A stretch of 64,000 nt of DNA from Candidatus Aminicenantes bacterium (lineage in GTDB: Bacteria > Acidobacteriota > Aminicenantia > Aminicenantales > Saccharicenantaceae). Below are positions 44,522 to 57,786 of this stretch, one piece after another. Numbering within the stretch: position 1 is the stretch's first letter; every line of letters begins with the position of its first letter. The notes under the pieces are model-generated. The model saw nothing but the letters and a program-made list of their open reading frames with translations. It did not search any database and had not been told where the DNA came from. The DNA lies in the NCBI GenBank assembly GCA_963784525.1, contig CAWART010000014.1, positions 23,884 through 87,883 of the forward strand, read 5' to 3'. Position numbers and translations under genes: made by a program.

Positions 44522-46600
44522 ATGAGAAGAACGCGTTTCGCGACGGCGCTGCTGCCGGCCCTGCTCCTCGCCCTGATCGTCCCCCTGACCGCCGACGAAG
44601 GCATGTGGCTTTACGACAAGGCCCCCAAAGAACTGGTCCTCAAGGATCACGGCTTCACGATGACCCCGGAGTGGCTGGACCATCTCCGGCTTTCCTCGGT
44701 GCGGTTCGGCGGGGCCTCGGCCTCGTTCGTTTCCCCGGACGGGCTCGTCCTGACCAACCATCACGTCGGCCGGGGCCTCGTCCAGAACCTTTCCACGGCC
44801 GAGCGCGACCTCATGAAAACGGGCTTCTACGCCCGGACGCGGGCCGACGAGCCCAAGTGCCCCGGCGTCGAGCTGAGGGTCCTCGAAGAGATCGTCGACG
44901 TCACCGAGCGGGTGCTCGGCGCCGAAACGGCGGATATGACCGCGTCCCAGGCGGCCGCGGCCAGGGACAAGGCCATCGCCGCCATCGAACGGGAAGCTCC
45001 GGCCGCGGCCGGGCTGAAATACCAGGTGGTCAATCTCTATTCCGGGAGCATGTACCACCTCTACAAGTACCGGGTTCATGACGACGTCCGCCTCGTCTTC
45101 GCTCCCGAGCATCTCCTCGCCTTCTTCGGCGGCGACCCGGACAATTTCACCTACCCCAGATTCGACCTCGATATCTGCATCTTCCGCGCCTATGAGAACG
45201 GACAGCCCCTGAAGACGCCGCATTACCTCAAATGGGCGACGCGGGGCGTGCGCGAGGGCGACCTCGTCTTCTGCTCGGGCAATCCGGGCTCGACCGGAAG
45301 GCTTCTGACCCTGGCCCAGCTCGAATTCCTCAGGGACATGGCCTATCCGTTCTCCATCGCCAATCTCAAGAGGCGACAGTCCCTGGTCCGCGAGTACGGG
45401 AACAAGGGGCCCGAGGAGGCGCGCGTCGCCCTCAGGAGCCTCTTCGGCATCGAGAACAGCCTCAAGGCCACGATCGGATACCAGTCCGGCCTGCTCGACG
45501 CCGGGCTCGTCGCCAAGAAAGCCGAGGCCGAGCGACAGCTGAGGGAATTGGTGGCAAAGGACCCGGGCCTGGAAAAGGAGTTCGGCCGGGCGTGGGACGA
45601 CGTCGCGGCCGCCCAGAAGGCCCACGCGTCCCTCTTCAAGGGCTACATGTTCTTCGAGCGGGCGAACGGCTTCAACACGCCCTATTTCGACCTGGCCAGG
45701 AACCTGGTCCGCCGGGCCATGGAAAAGGAACGGCCCGACGACGCCCGCCTGAGGGAGTTCCGGGAATCCAACCTTCCCTCGATGGACCGGAGGATCCTCT
45801 CCCCGTCCCCGATCTACGACGAATTCGAGGTCGTGAAGCTCGCCGATTCACTGATCCAACTCCACGAGGAGCTGGGCGACGCCGCGGAGGTCCGGTGGAT
45901 CCTCGGCGGGCGCGAGCCGGGCGAGGTCGCCCGGGAGCTCGTCGCCGGGACGAAGCTCAAGGAGCCCGCCGTCCGCAAGGCCCTCCTGGAAGGCGGGGCC
46001 GACGCGGTCTACGCCTCGGAGGACCCGATGATCAAGCTCGCCCTCCTCGTGGACCCGGTTTCGCGGGGCTTCCGGGCGCGCTTTGAGAAGGAGGTCGACG
46101 CGGTCGAATCGCGGAGCGGCGCCCTGATCGCCCGGGTCCTGTTCCGCCTCAAGGGGACGGCCATCGCCCCCGACGCGACCTCCACCCTGAGGCTGAGCTA
46201 CGGCGTCGTCAAGGGCTATGTCGAGAACGGCATGAAGGTCCCCTATCGGACGACGTTCGCCGGGCTCTATGAACAGTCGCGCCGGGCGGGGAACAAAACC
46301 CCCTACGAACTGCCGCAGGCCGTCCTCATGAAGAGATCGGCCGTGGACCCCGGCACGCCCCTCAATTACGTGGCCACCTGCGATTCCATCGGCGGGAATT
46401 CCGGCTCGCCCGTCGTCAACCGCAGAGGGGAATTCACGGGAGTCCTTTTCGACGGGAACATCCAATCCCTCCCGACCCGGTTCGTTTACGAGGATACGAT
46501 CGCCCGTTCGGTCATGGTCCACGCCTCGGGCATCATCGAAGCGCTGGTCAAGGTCTACGACGCCAAGCCCCTGGCCGACGAGATCCTCGGAAGGAAGTGA
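44522..46600 (+). CDS. S46-family dipeptidyl-peptidase (DPP7/DPP11-like)
   Basis: ADEGMWLYD, GASASFVSPDGLVLTNHHV (His), GGNSGSPVVNRRGEFTGVLFDGN (Ser). Confidence 0.9.
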   Translation: MRRTRFATALLPALLLALIVPLTADEGMWLYDKAPKELVLKDHGFTMTPEWLDHLRLSSVRFGGASASFVSPDGLVLTNHHVGRGLVQNLSTAERDLMKTGFYARTRADEPKCPGVELRVLEEIVDVTERVLGAETADMTASQAAAARDKAIAAIEREAPAAAGLKYQVVNLYSGSMYHLYKYRVHDDVRLVFAPEHLLAFFGGDPDNFTYPRFDLDICIFRAYENGQPLKTPHYLKWATRGVREGDLVFCSGNPGSTGRLLTLAQLEFLRDMAYPFSIANLKRRQSLVREYGNKGPEEARVALRSLFGIENSLKATIGYQSGLLDAGLVAKKAEAERQLRELVAKDPGLEKEFGRAWDDVAAAQKAHASLFKGYMFFERANGFNTPYFDLARNLVRRAMEKERPDDARLREFRESNLPSMDRRILSPSPIYDEFEVVKLADSLIQLHEELGDAAEVRWILGGREPGEVARELVAGTKLKEPAVRKALLEGGADAVYASEDPMIKLALLVDPVSRGFRARFEKEVDAVESRSGALIARVLFRLKGTAIAPDATSTLRLSYGVVKGYVENGMKVPYRTTFAGLYEQSRRAGNKTPYELPQAVLMKRSAVDPGTPLNYVATCDSIGGNSGSPVVNRRGEFTGVLFDGNIQSLPTRFVYEDTIARSVMVHASGIIEALVKVYDAKPLADEILGRK

Positions 46601-46643
46601 GCCCGGAATGGACTTCGGAGGCCGCCCGGCCTAAGATGAAGGC

Positions 46644-47792
46644 ATGAGCGTCGCGGCGTCCGAGAGGAGCGGCCTCAGGACATGGATCGAGATCAGCCGG
46701 TCGGCGTTGGCCCATAACCTGCGGGCCTTCCGGCGCGTTCTGGCGCCCGGGTGCCGCATCATGGCCGTGGCCAAATCGAACGCTTACGGCCACGGCCTCT
46801 ACGACCTCGTCCCCCTCCTCGAGGAGCTCGGCATCGACGCCATCGGCGTGGATTCCATCGTCGAAGCGGTCACCCTGCGGCGGAAGGGCGTGAGCAAGCC
46901 CATCCTCGTCATGGGCTTCACGCTCCCCAGCCGCTTCGGCGACGCCGCCCGGAACGGCGTCGCCCTCACCGTGGCGAGCTTCGAAAGCCTCCGGGCCCTG
47001 GCCTCGGCCGAGGACGGGCGGAAGATCCGGGTCCACATCAAGGTCGATACGGGGATGCACCGGCAGGGATTCCTCCCGGCCCAGTTGCCCGAAGTTCTGG
47101 GATTCCTCAAGTCCCGGCCCGGGCGATTCGCGGTCGAGGGGCTTTACACGCATTTCGCGGCGGCCAAGGACCCCGCCCGGCCCGCCGTCACCCGGGGACA
47201 GATCGCCGAATTCGAGGCCGCGGCGACGGCCTTCGCCCGCGAGGGATTCAGGCCCGTCCGTCACGCCTGCGCCACCGCCGGCGTCCTCAACTACCCCGGG
47301 GCGCATTACGACATGGCCAGGATCGGCATCGGGCTCATGGGGCACTGGCCTTCCCCGGAGACGCGGCGCGCCCGGGAGGACCGGGTCTCCCTCCGGCCGG
47401 TCCTGTCCTGGCGGACGCTCGTCGCCGAGACCAAGCTCCTCCCGGCAGGCGCCTCGCTGGGTTACGACCTCACCGAACGCCTGACCCGCGATTCGAAGAT
47501 CGGGATCTGCCCCGTCGGGTACTGGCACGGCTATCCGTGGGCCCTGTCGGGGAAAGGCCAGGCGCTCGTCCGCGGGCGAAGGGTCCGGGTCCTCGGCCGC
47601 GTCTCGATGGATATGCTGGTCATCGACCTCACCGACGCGCGGGGGGCGAAGCCCGGCGACGTGGTCACGCTGATCGGCCGCGAGCGGGGCGAATCCGTCG
47701 ACGCCGACGCGACGGCCCGCCTGGCGGGAACGACCGTCTACGAGCTCCTCACCCGCCTGAATCCGCTCCTCCGGAAGATCCCCGTCCGCTGA
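46644..47792 (+). CDS. alr: Alanine racemase
   Basis: AVAKSNAYGHG (PLP Lys), VKVDTGMHRQG-type HIKVDTGMHRQGF, GYWHGYP. Confidence 0.93.
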   Translation: MSVAASERSGLRTWIEISRSALAHNLRAFRRVLAPGCRIMAVAKSNAYGHGLYDLVPLLEELGIDAIGVDSIVEAVTLRRKGVSKPILVMGFTLPSRFGDAARNGVALTVASFESLRALASAEDGRKIRVHIKVDTGMHRQGFLPAQLPEVLGFLKSRPGRFAVEGLYTHFAAAKDPARPAVTRGQIAEFEAAATAFAREGFRPVRHACATAGVLNYPGAHYDMARIGIGLMGHWPSPETRRAREDRVSLRPVLSWRTLVAETKLLPAGASLGYDLTERLTRDSKIGICPVGYWHGYPWALSGKGQALVRGRRVRVLGRVSMDMLVIDLTDARGAKPGDVVTLIGRERGESVDADATARLAGTTVYELLTRLNPLLRKIPVR

Positions 47793-47837
47793 CCCGCCAA
47801 ATTGACTTTCGGGGGCCGTTCTGTTAATAAATAGTAA

Positions 47838-51934
<4,097 letters not shown>

Positions 51935-51950
51935 CCGGAGGGAGGCGCCC

Positions 51951-52367
51951 ATGTCGCCATATTTGGTCAAATCGTTAATCGCCGTCGCGCTGGTCTCGGC
52001 CGGGATCGCGGCGTTCGCGAGCCAGATGATCCGCATGGGGCGGCCCGATGCGAAGCGGGACCCGGAGAAGCTCCTGAGAGTTCACAGATGGGCGGGACGG
52101 ATCTTCATCGTCCTGCTCGTCCCGCTCGCCGTCCTCGGCGCGAAATTCTGGGCTGCCGCGGGAGACTCCCTCTCGGTGCGGGCGGGATCCCACGTCGTCC
52201 TCGCCCTGACCCTCCTGGTCCTCGTCCTGATCAAGTATTCGATCGTCCGCTTCTACAGGGGTTTCCTGAGGATGGCCCCGACGCTGGGTATGGCGATCTT
52301 CGCCCTGATGCTGCTCGTCTTCGCCCTGTCGGCCGGTTTCGCCGGCCTGATGCGCGTCTCAGGTTGA
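51951..52367 (+). CDS. Small polytopic membrane protein, unknown function
   Basis: ATG 51951 after ggaggg. Four hydrophobic helices (LIAVALVSAGIAAF, IFIVLLVPLAVLGA, VVLALTLLVLVLI, IFALMLLVFALSAGFAGL). Confidence 0.6.
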   Translation: MSPYLVKSLIAVALVSAGIAAFASQMIRMGRPDAKRDPEKLLRVHRWAGRIFIVLLVPLAVLGAKFWAAAGDSLSVRAGSHVVLALTLLVLVLIKYSIVRFYRGFLRMAPTLGMAIFALMLLVFALSAGFAGLMRVSG

Positions 52368-52730
52368 GGGCTTCGCGTCCCTGATCCGGTTGTTCGCGTC
52401 GACGAGCACGACCTTGGGCATGAAGAACTCGAGCTCGTCGTCGTCGAGGAGGGCGTAGGCGGCGATGATGATCTTGTCCCCTTTTTTGGCCTTATGGGCC
52501 GCCGCTCCGTAGATCGCCACGGTGCCCGAGCCCTTTTCGGCCTTGATCAGATAGGTCGCGAACCGCTCCCCCGTCGTGACGTTGTAAACGTCCACCTTCT
52601 GGTAGGGATGGAGGTCCGCCGCTTTCATCAGGTGCTCGTCAAGGCCCAGGCTTCCCTCGTAGTTCAGGTCGGCTTCCGTTACGGTGGCCCGATGGACCTT
52701 CCCTGTCATAAACTCACGTTTCATGGTCAA
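52359..52730 (-). CDS. panD: Aspartate 1-decarboxylase
   Basis: GKVHRATVTEADLNYEGSLGLD (self-cleavage Gly-Ser), NGAAAH-type YGAAAHKAKKGD. Confidence 0.95.
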   Translation of the reverse strand: MTMKREFMTGKVHRATVTEADLNYEGSLGLDEHLMKAADLHPYQKVDVYNVTTGERFATYLIKAEKGSGTVAIYGAAAHKAKKGDKIIIAAYALLDDDELEFFMPKVVLVDANNRIRDAKPST

Positions 52731-53581
52731 TCTTCCTTAAAGGCTGTTCGGAAATTATCGATGAGCCGCGTCCGGCCGATGAAAACGGCCATGGCGACGA
52801 GGGCCTCCCCGTCGACGCGGTCCAGCGGCCGGAGGTTGACGGGGTCCACGACCTCGACGTAATCGAGGCGGGCCAGGCGTTCGGCAGCGACGGCTTCTTC
52901 GATCCCCCGCATGATCGTCCCCGCGTCCTTCTCCCCTCCCTCGATCCTCCGGCGGGCCTCCGACAGGCTCCGGGACAGGACCAGGGCGGCCTTCCGTTCT
53001 TCCGGCGAGAGATAACTGTTCCTTGAGCTCAGCGCCAGGCCATCCGCGTCCCGGACCAGGGGCAGGGCCTCGACGCGCACATCCAGGTCGAGGTCGGCGG
53101 CCATCTTCCTCAGGACGATGACCTGTTGGGCGTCTTTCCAGCCGAAGTAGGCCGCGTCGGGCCGGACGATGTTGAAGAGCTTGAGGACGACCGTGCAGAC
53201 GCCCCGGAAGTGCCCCGGACGGGAGCGGCCGCAGAGCCTGTCCTCGAGGTCCTCCACTTCGACGTACGTCCGATAGCCGTCCGGATACATATCGGAGGGC
53301 TCGGGATGGAAGACATGATCGACCCCTTCTTTCTCGAGCGATGCGACATCCCGCTCGAGGTCCCTCGGGTAGGCCCCGAGATCCTCCTTGGGGCCGAACT
53401 GGGCGGGATTGAGGAAGATGGAAACGACGGTGGCGTCGGACTTCGCCCGGCACGCCCGGACCAGGCTGAGGTGCCCTTCATGAAGATAGCCCATGGTCGG
53501 GACGAGCCCGATCCGCGCTCCCCGCGCCCGGAGCTCCCGGGAGACGGCCTTCATTTCCCCGACCGACCGGACGATCCTCAT
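52727..53581 (-). CDS. panC: Pantoate-beta-alanine ligase
   Basis: GLVPTMGYLHEGHLSLV, SIFLNPAQFGP, FGWKDAQQ. Confidence 0.95.
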   Translation of the reverse strand: MRIVRSVGEMKAVSRELRARGARIGLVPTMGYLHEGHLSLVRACRAKSDATVVSIFLNPAQFGPKEDLGAYPRDLERDVASLEKEGVDHVFHPEPSDMYPDGYRTYVEVEDLEDRLCGRSRPGHFRGVCTVVLKLFNIVRPDAAYFGWKDAQQVIVLRKMAADLDLDVRVEALPLVRDADGLALSSRNSYLSPEERKAALVLSRSLSEARRRIEGGEKDAGTIMRGIEEAVAAERLARLDYVEVVDPVNLRPLDRVDGEALVAMAVFIGRTRLIDNFRTAFKED

Positions 53582-54474
53582 CGCGCGGCCCTCTTCGCTT
53601 TTCCGGCGTTCCCGCGGCCGAGCCCCGCGGCGAACCGGCGGGCCTCGGCGGGCTTGAGGTGGTAGGACGTCGCGTCGTCGGGGAACGTGCCCTTCCGGAC
53701 GTCATCCGCGTACCGGTGGACGGCATCCCCGATGACCGAATCGAGGTCGGCGTATTTTCGGACGAATTTCGGGAGGTATCCGGTCGCGTAGCCCGCCATG
53801 TCGTGAAAGACCAGGACCTGACCGTCGCAGTGCGGCCCGGCGCCGATGCCGATGGTCGGGATCCCGAGTCGCGAGGTGACCTCGCGGGCGATCTCCAGCG
53901 GCACCGACTCCATGACGACGGCGAACGCGCCGGCCCGTTCGAGGTCCCGGGCGCCCGCGAGGATCTTACGGGCCTCCTCGAGGGTCGTTCCCCGGACCTT
54001 GTAGGAACCCAGGCCGCAGATGGATTGGGGGGTCAGCCCGACATGTCCCATGACGGGGATCTCGGCCTCGACGAGCGCCTCGACGGTCTTCAGCCGCCCC
54101 GCCGAGGCTCCCTCGATCTTGACCCCGCCCGCCCCGGCTTCCTTGAGGAAGCGGGCCGCGTTCCGGATGGACGCCTCGACCGACAGGTGGAAGGAGAGGT
54201 AGGGCATATCCGCGACGACCAGGGCGCGACGGGCCGCCCGGGCCACGGCCTTCGTGTGGTGAAGCATGTCGTCCATGGTTACGGGCACGGTGCTCCCGTG
54301 GCCGAGGACGACCATGCCCAGGGAATCGCCGACGAGGAGGACGTCGATGCCGCCGTCGTCAAGGATGCGGGCCGTGGGGAAATCGTAGGCGGTCAGGACC
54401 GCGATCTTCACGCCGGCCGCCTTCATGGCGCGCAGCGACGGAGCCGTGACCCTGGGGGAATCTTGTCCGGACAT
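53578..54474 (-). CDS. panB: 3-methyl-2-oxobutanoate hydroxymethyltransferase
   Basis: ATG 54474 after aaaggaag. LTAYDFPTARILDDGGIDVLLVGDSLGMVVLGH, GGVKIEG, GHVGLTPQS. Confidence 0.95.
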   Translation of the reverse strand: MSGQDSPRVTAPSLRAMKAAGVKIAVLTAYDFPTARILDDGGIDVLLVGDSLGMVVLGHGSTVPVTMDDMLHHTKAVARAARRALVVADMPYLSFHLSVEASIRNAARFLKEAGAGGVKIEGASAGRLKTVEALVEAEIPVMGHVGLTPQSICGLGSYKVRGTTLEEARKILAGARDLERAGAFAVVMESVPLEIAREVTSRLGIPTIGIGAGPHCDGQVLVFHDMAGYATGYLPKFVRKYADLDSVIGDAVHRYADDVRKGTFPDDATSYHLKPAEARRFAAGLGRGNAGKAKRAAR

Positions 54475-54585
54475 GGCGTCTTCCTTTCTCCCCACCCCGC
54501 CTTGCGGGGTTGAGGTAAAGCGTATTCCCGACGTTCCTCGGAAGTCGCGGCACCCGAAAGGGTGTCCACGCTCCGCCCTATTGTA

Positions 54586-55254
54586 TCACTTTTTCGGCAG
54601 TTTGGCCCCGAAGCTCTGCGGGACGTAATAGAGGTTGCCCTTCTTCATCTGACGGACCTGATCGAGGAGGTCGTCGACGTCGTCCTCGCGGTCGAGGTCC
54701 AGGTCGTCGGCCTTGACGACGAGGAGCGGGGCCGCCTGGTAATTGAAGAAGAAGTAATCGAAGGCCTCGACGATGTCCTCGAGGTACTTCTCGGAGATGT
54801 TCTTCTCCTGCGGATCCCCTTCCCGGGCGATCCGGCGGAGGAGCGTCGGCAGGGAGATCTGGAGGTAGATGACGAGGTCGGGCTTCGGCACGCGTTCGGC
54901 GAGGATGCCGTAGATCTTGTCGTAAACGAGGAGCTCATCGTCCGAGAGCGTCTGGTAGGCGTAGATCTTGTCCTTCTCGAACAGGTAGTCGCAGACGAGG
55001 CGGTCGACGAAAAGGTCCCGCTGGAAAAGGCGCACCTGCTGATGATAGCGGTTGGCCAGGAAGACGAGCTGGGCCAGGAAGGCCGCCCCCTCCTTCTCCC
55101 CGTAGAAATCCTTCAGGTAGGGGTTGCCGACGTGGTCAAGGACGAGCTTCCCTCCCGCGCGCTGGGCCAGGAGGTTGGCCAGGCGTCCCTTGCGGGACTT
55201 GAAGACGCCCTCGACAGCGATGTGCTTGAAGGGCAGATCGACGGTATTCTTCAT
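54586..55254 (-). CDS. Deoxynucleoside-kinase-family protein with degenerate P-loop
   Basis: Overall dNK layout (IAVEG..., FVDR..., PDLVIYLQISLPTLLRRI). The Walker A reads GVFKSRKG instead of GxxxxGK(S/T). Confidence 0.6.
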   Translation of the reverse strand: MKNTVDLPFKHIAVEGVFKSRKGRLANLLAQRAGGKLVLDHVGNPYLKDFYGEKEGAAFLAQLVFLANRYHQQVRLFQRDLFVDRLVCDYLFEKDKIYAYQTLSDDELLVYDKIYGILAERVPKPDLVIYLQISLPTLLRRIAREGDPQEKNISEKYLEDIVEAFDYFFFNYQAAPLLVVKADDLDLDREDDVDDLLDQVRQMKKGNLYYVPQSFGAKLPKK

Positions 55255-55310
55255 GTGCGGTCCCGCAAACTGACTTGTTTATATCCGATAAACCGGGTCA
55301 AGTCAACGCG

Positions 55311-55511
55311 CTATTTCTGGATCGCCTCGAGGGGAACGACGATCCAGGCGATGACATAGAAGATGAGCATCGGCAGGACGGCCGTGACCAGGGCGAGCCC
55401 GGCGAAGACCAGCCGGACGAGGGACGGGTCGATGTCGAAATAGTCGGCGAACCCGCCGCAGACCCCCCCGAGCATCTTCCGATTCAAGGACCTGGTTAAC
55501 TTCTTGGCCAT
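55311..55511 (-). CDS. PspC-domain membrane protein
   Basis: 66 aa. LTRSLNRKMLGGVCGGFADYFDIDPSLVRLVF plus one TM helix. Confidence 0.85.
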   Translation of the reverse strand: MAKKLTRSLNRKMLGGVCGGFADYFDIDPSLVRLVFAGLALVTAVLPMLIFYVIAWIVVPLEAIQK

Positions 55512-55527
55512 AAGCGCCTCCTTGGAC

Positions 55528-57517
55528 CTAGATATTGATACGGATGGGAAGGATGACGGTCGTGATACCCCGCCACCGGAGTTCCTGCTGGATGGCGAAC
55601 GCCGTCTCGTTGTGCAGGAGCCGGTGAAGGAGGTTGGGCTGGCGGAAGACGGACTGCCCGGCGAAAACGGTCGAGCGCGGGAATTCCCTGGCCGTCCTCT
55701 CGCACAGCTCGACGGCCGTATGGACGATGTCGGTCCCGATGTCGAACCGCGACGTCGCCGTGAAACCCAGCTTCCGGGCCAGATCGACGTACTTGTCGAG
55801 GTCGCCGCTCGTATGGGCCGTCAGCGACGGAACCGAGTCCGTATCCTTGAACGCGCTGACGTCCACCTCGGAGACCGAACAGGAAGACGAAGTTCTTGTA
55901 GAGGCCTGGGAAGCTGCGGATGACCGAGAGGAACGTGTGGACCCCGAATCCGTTGTAGCTGTTGACCAGCTGGATGGCGGTCATGTTCCTGGGATCGGCC
56001 GGGTCCATGTTGACCGGGCCCTTGACGGGCAGGCTGGTCAACAGTTCGTCCAGCTCCCGGACGCCGCCCCGCACCTTGGAGTAATGGGCCCGGGTCATGT
56101 AACAGAGGGCGATGACGACCGAGGTGATGCACAGGGTCAGCCAGCCGCCGACGAGGAACTTCTCGATGGCCATGACGATGAGGATCGTCGCGCAGACGAC
56201 CAGGGCCACGAGGTGCACGGGAAGGTGTTTTTTCCACGCCTTGTCCTTGTTCCGGTTCCTGATGAAGAACCGGGACATGCCCAGCTTGGAGAGGGAGAAG
56301 GTCAGGAAGACGTTGATGGAATACATGATGACCAGGGTCCGGAGACTGCCCCGGGCATAGAGTAGAAGGAGGACGGACGCCCCGCCCATGAGCAGGACGC
56401 CGTTCTGAATGGTGAACCGGTCCGAGAGCGAGGCGAATCGGCGCGGGAACCAGTAATCCAGCGCCATGTTGGCCATGACCCGCGGCCCGTCCATGAACCC
56501 GGCCTGGGCGGCGACGAGGAGGAGCGCCCCCTCCGAGAATATGGTGATGAGGGCCAGGAGCGGTCCGAATCCCCAACCTTGGTAAAGGGTCGAAGCGAGG
56601 ACGGCGTTGAACGTCTTGCCGGCGACCGGCGCGACGCCGAGGAGAAGGTAGCAGACAAGGATGCCGCCCGCCGTGAAGGCCAGGGACGTCGAGAGATAGA
56701 CCATGGTCTTCTTGCCGTTATGGACCCGCGGCTCCCGGAGTATCTGGAGACCGTTGGAGACGGCCTCGATCCCGGTGAACGTCCCGCCGCCCATGGAGAA
56801 CGCCTTCACGAACAGGAGCGCCAGCCCGCCCATCCCCAGGGTCGCGACCCCCTGTTTGAAGTCGCCCCGGATGCCATGGGCCACGGGCCCGATCTGAGGG
56901 ATATGGGAGAGGATGCCGTAGCCGATCATGAAAATGTGGGTCGCGACGAAAACCAGGAAGATGGGGGCCAAAAAGGTCACCGACTCCTTGATCCCGCGCA
57001 GATTCAGGACGACCAGCAGGCAGATGGCCAGGATCTCGAACGGGAACTTGTATTCCTGGACCCCGACCGGGAAGAAGCTGAAGACGGCGTCTCCGCAGGC
57101 GACGATGGAAACGGTGATGGTCAGCATGTAGTCGACGAGAAGAGCACAGCCCGAGACGACGCCCGCTTTTTCGCCGAGCGTCTGCGTCGCGACGATGTAG
57201 CCCCCGCCTCCGGAAGGAAAGTATTCGATGATCCGCGAATAGGCATAAGAGATGATGAAAACGGTCAGCGCCGTCGCCAGGGCCAGGAAAACGGCAAGGT
57301 AGGAATGACGGCCCAGGGTGCGGAACGCCTCCTCCGGCCCGTAGGAAGCCGAGGAAAGCCCGTCGGCGCCGAGGCCGATCCAGGCCAGGATGGGGATGAG
57401 GGCCAGCTTGTGGAAAAGCGACGGGTCCTTGATGTTTCTGGGCGCGCCGATCAGGGTCCGGCGAACCTTATTCAGAAGGGAGGGATCTTCCCCGGACGCC
57501 TGGGATTGCTGGTTCAT
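55528..57517 (-). pseudogene. APC-superfamily permease with a conserved cytoplasmic C-terminal domain, interrupted by a 1-nt frame shift near 55878
   Basis: From MNQQSQASGEDPSLLNKVRRTLIGAPRNIKDPSLFHKLALIPILAWIGLGADGLSSASYGPEEAF, through about 12 TM helices, to ...FPGLYKNFVFL. The protein-like sequence continues in track ORF 55528..55866 (SVSEVDVSAFKDTDS...HNETAFAIQQELRWRGITTVILPIRINI). The original frame becomes Arg/Pro/Gly junk. Confidence 0.75.
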
Positions 57518-57786
57518 TTTCGGTTCACCCGTATCTTTCTCTCTCGGAGCCCCCGCGAACGGCGTTCGCGGACGGCCCCTATTGTATGGAAAATCCCCCT
57601 TCCGGGCAAGTCGACCTGCCCCTCGCAGAGCCATGCCCTCGCCTATCACAAGGCGAGGGCGAGATGTGCGGCTCAGGGTAACCCCATTAAGGTCTAAGGC
57701 CCTTATGGGGTTGACTCCCGGCAAGCCGTATGTTATCCGATAGGGGAACGTCGAAGGCGACGGATCTGAACATATCGGAGGAAAGC

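Noticed and set aside
54496-54585. Regulatory RNA between the dNK-like gene and panB
   Set aside because: Only two short hairpins (CACCC/GGGTG and CCCCGC/GCGGGG) with no U tract or recognisable motif. Too weak to report.
57518-57786. Moco/Tuco riboswitch upstream of the AOR gene
   Set aside because: The genomic context is suggestive, but I cannot match the conserved riboswitch core from memory. It is left as a structured-leader observation that needs cmscan.
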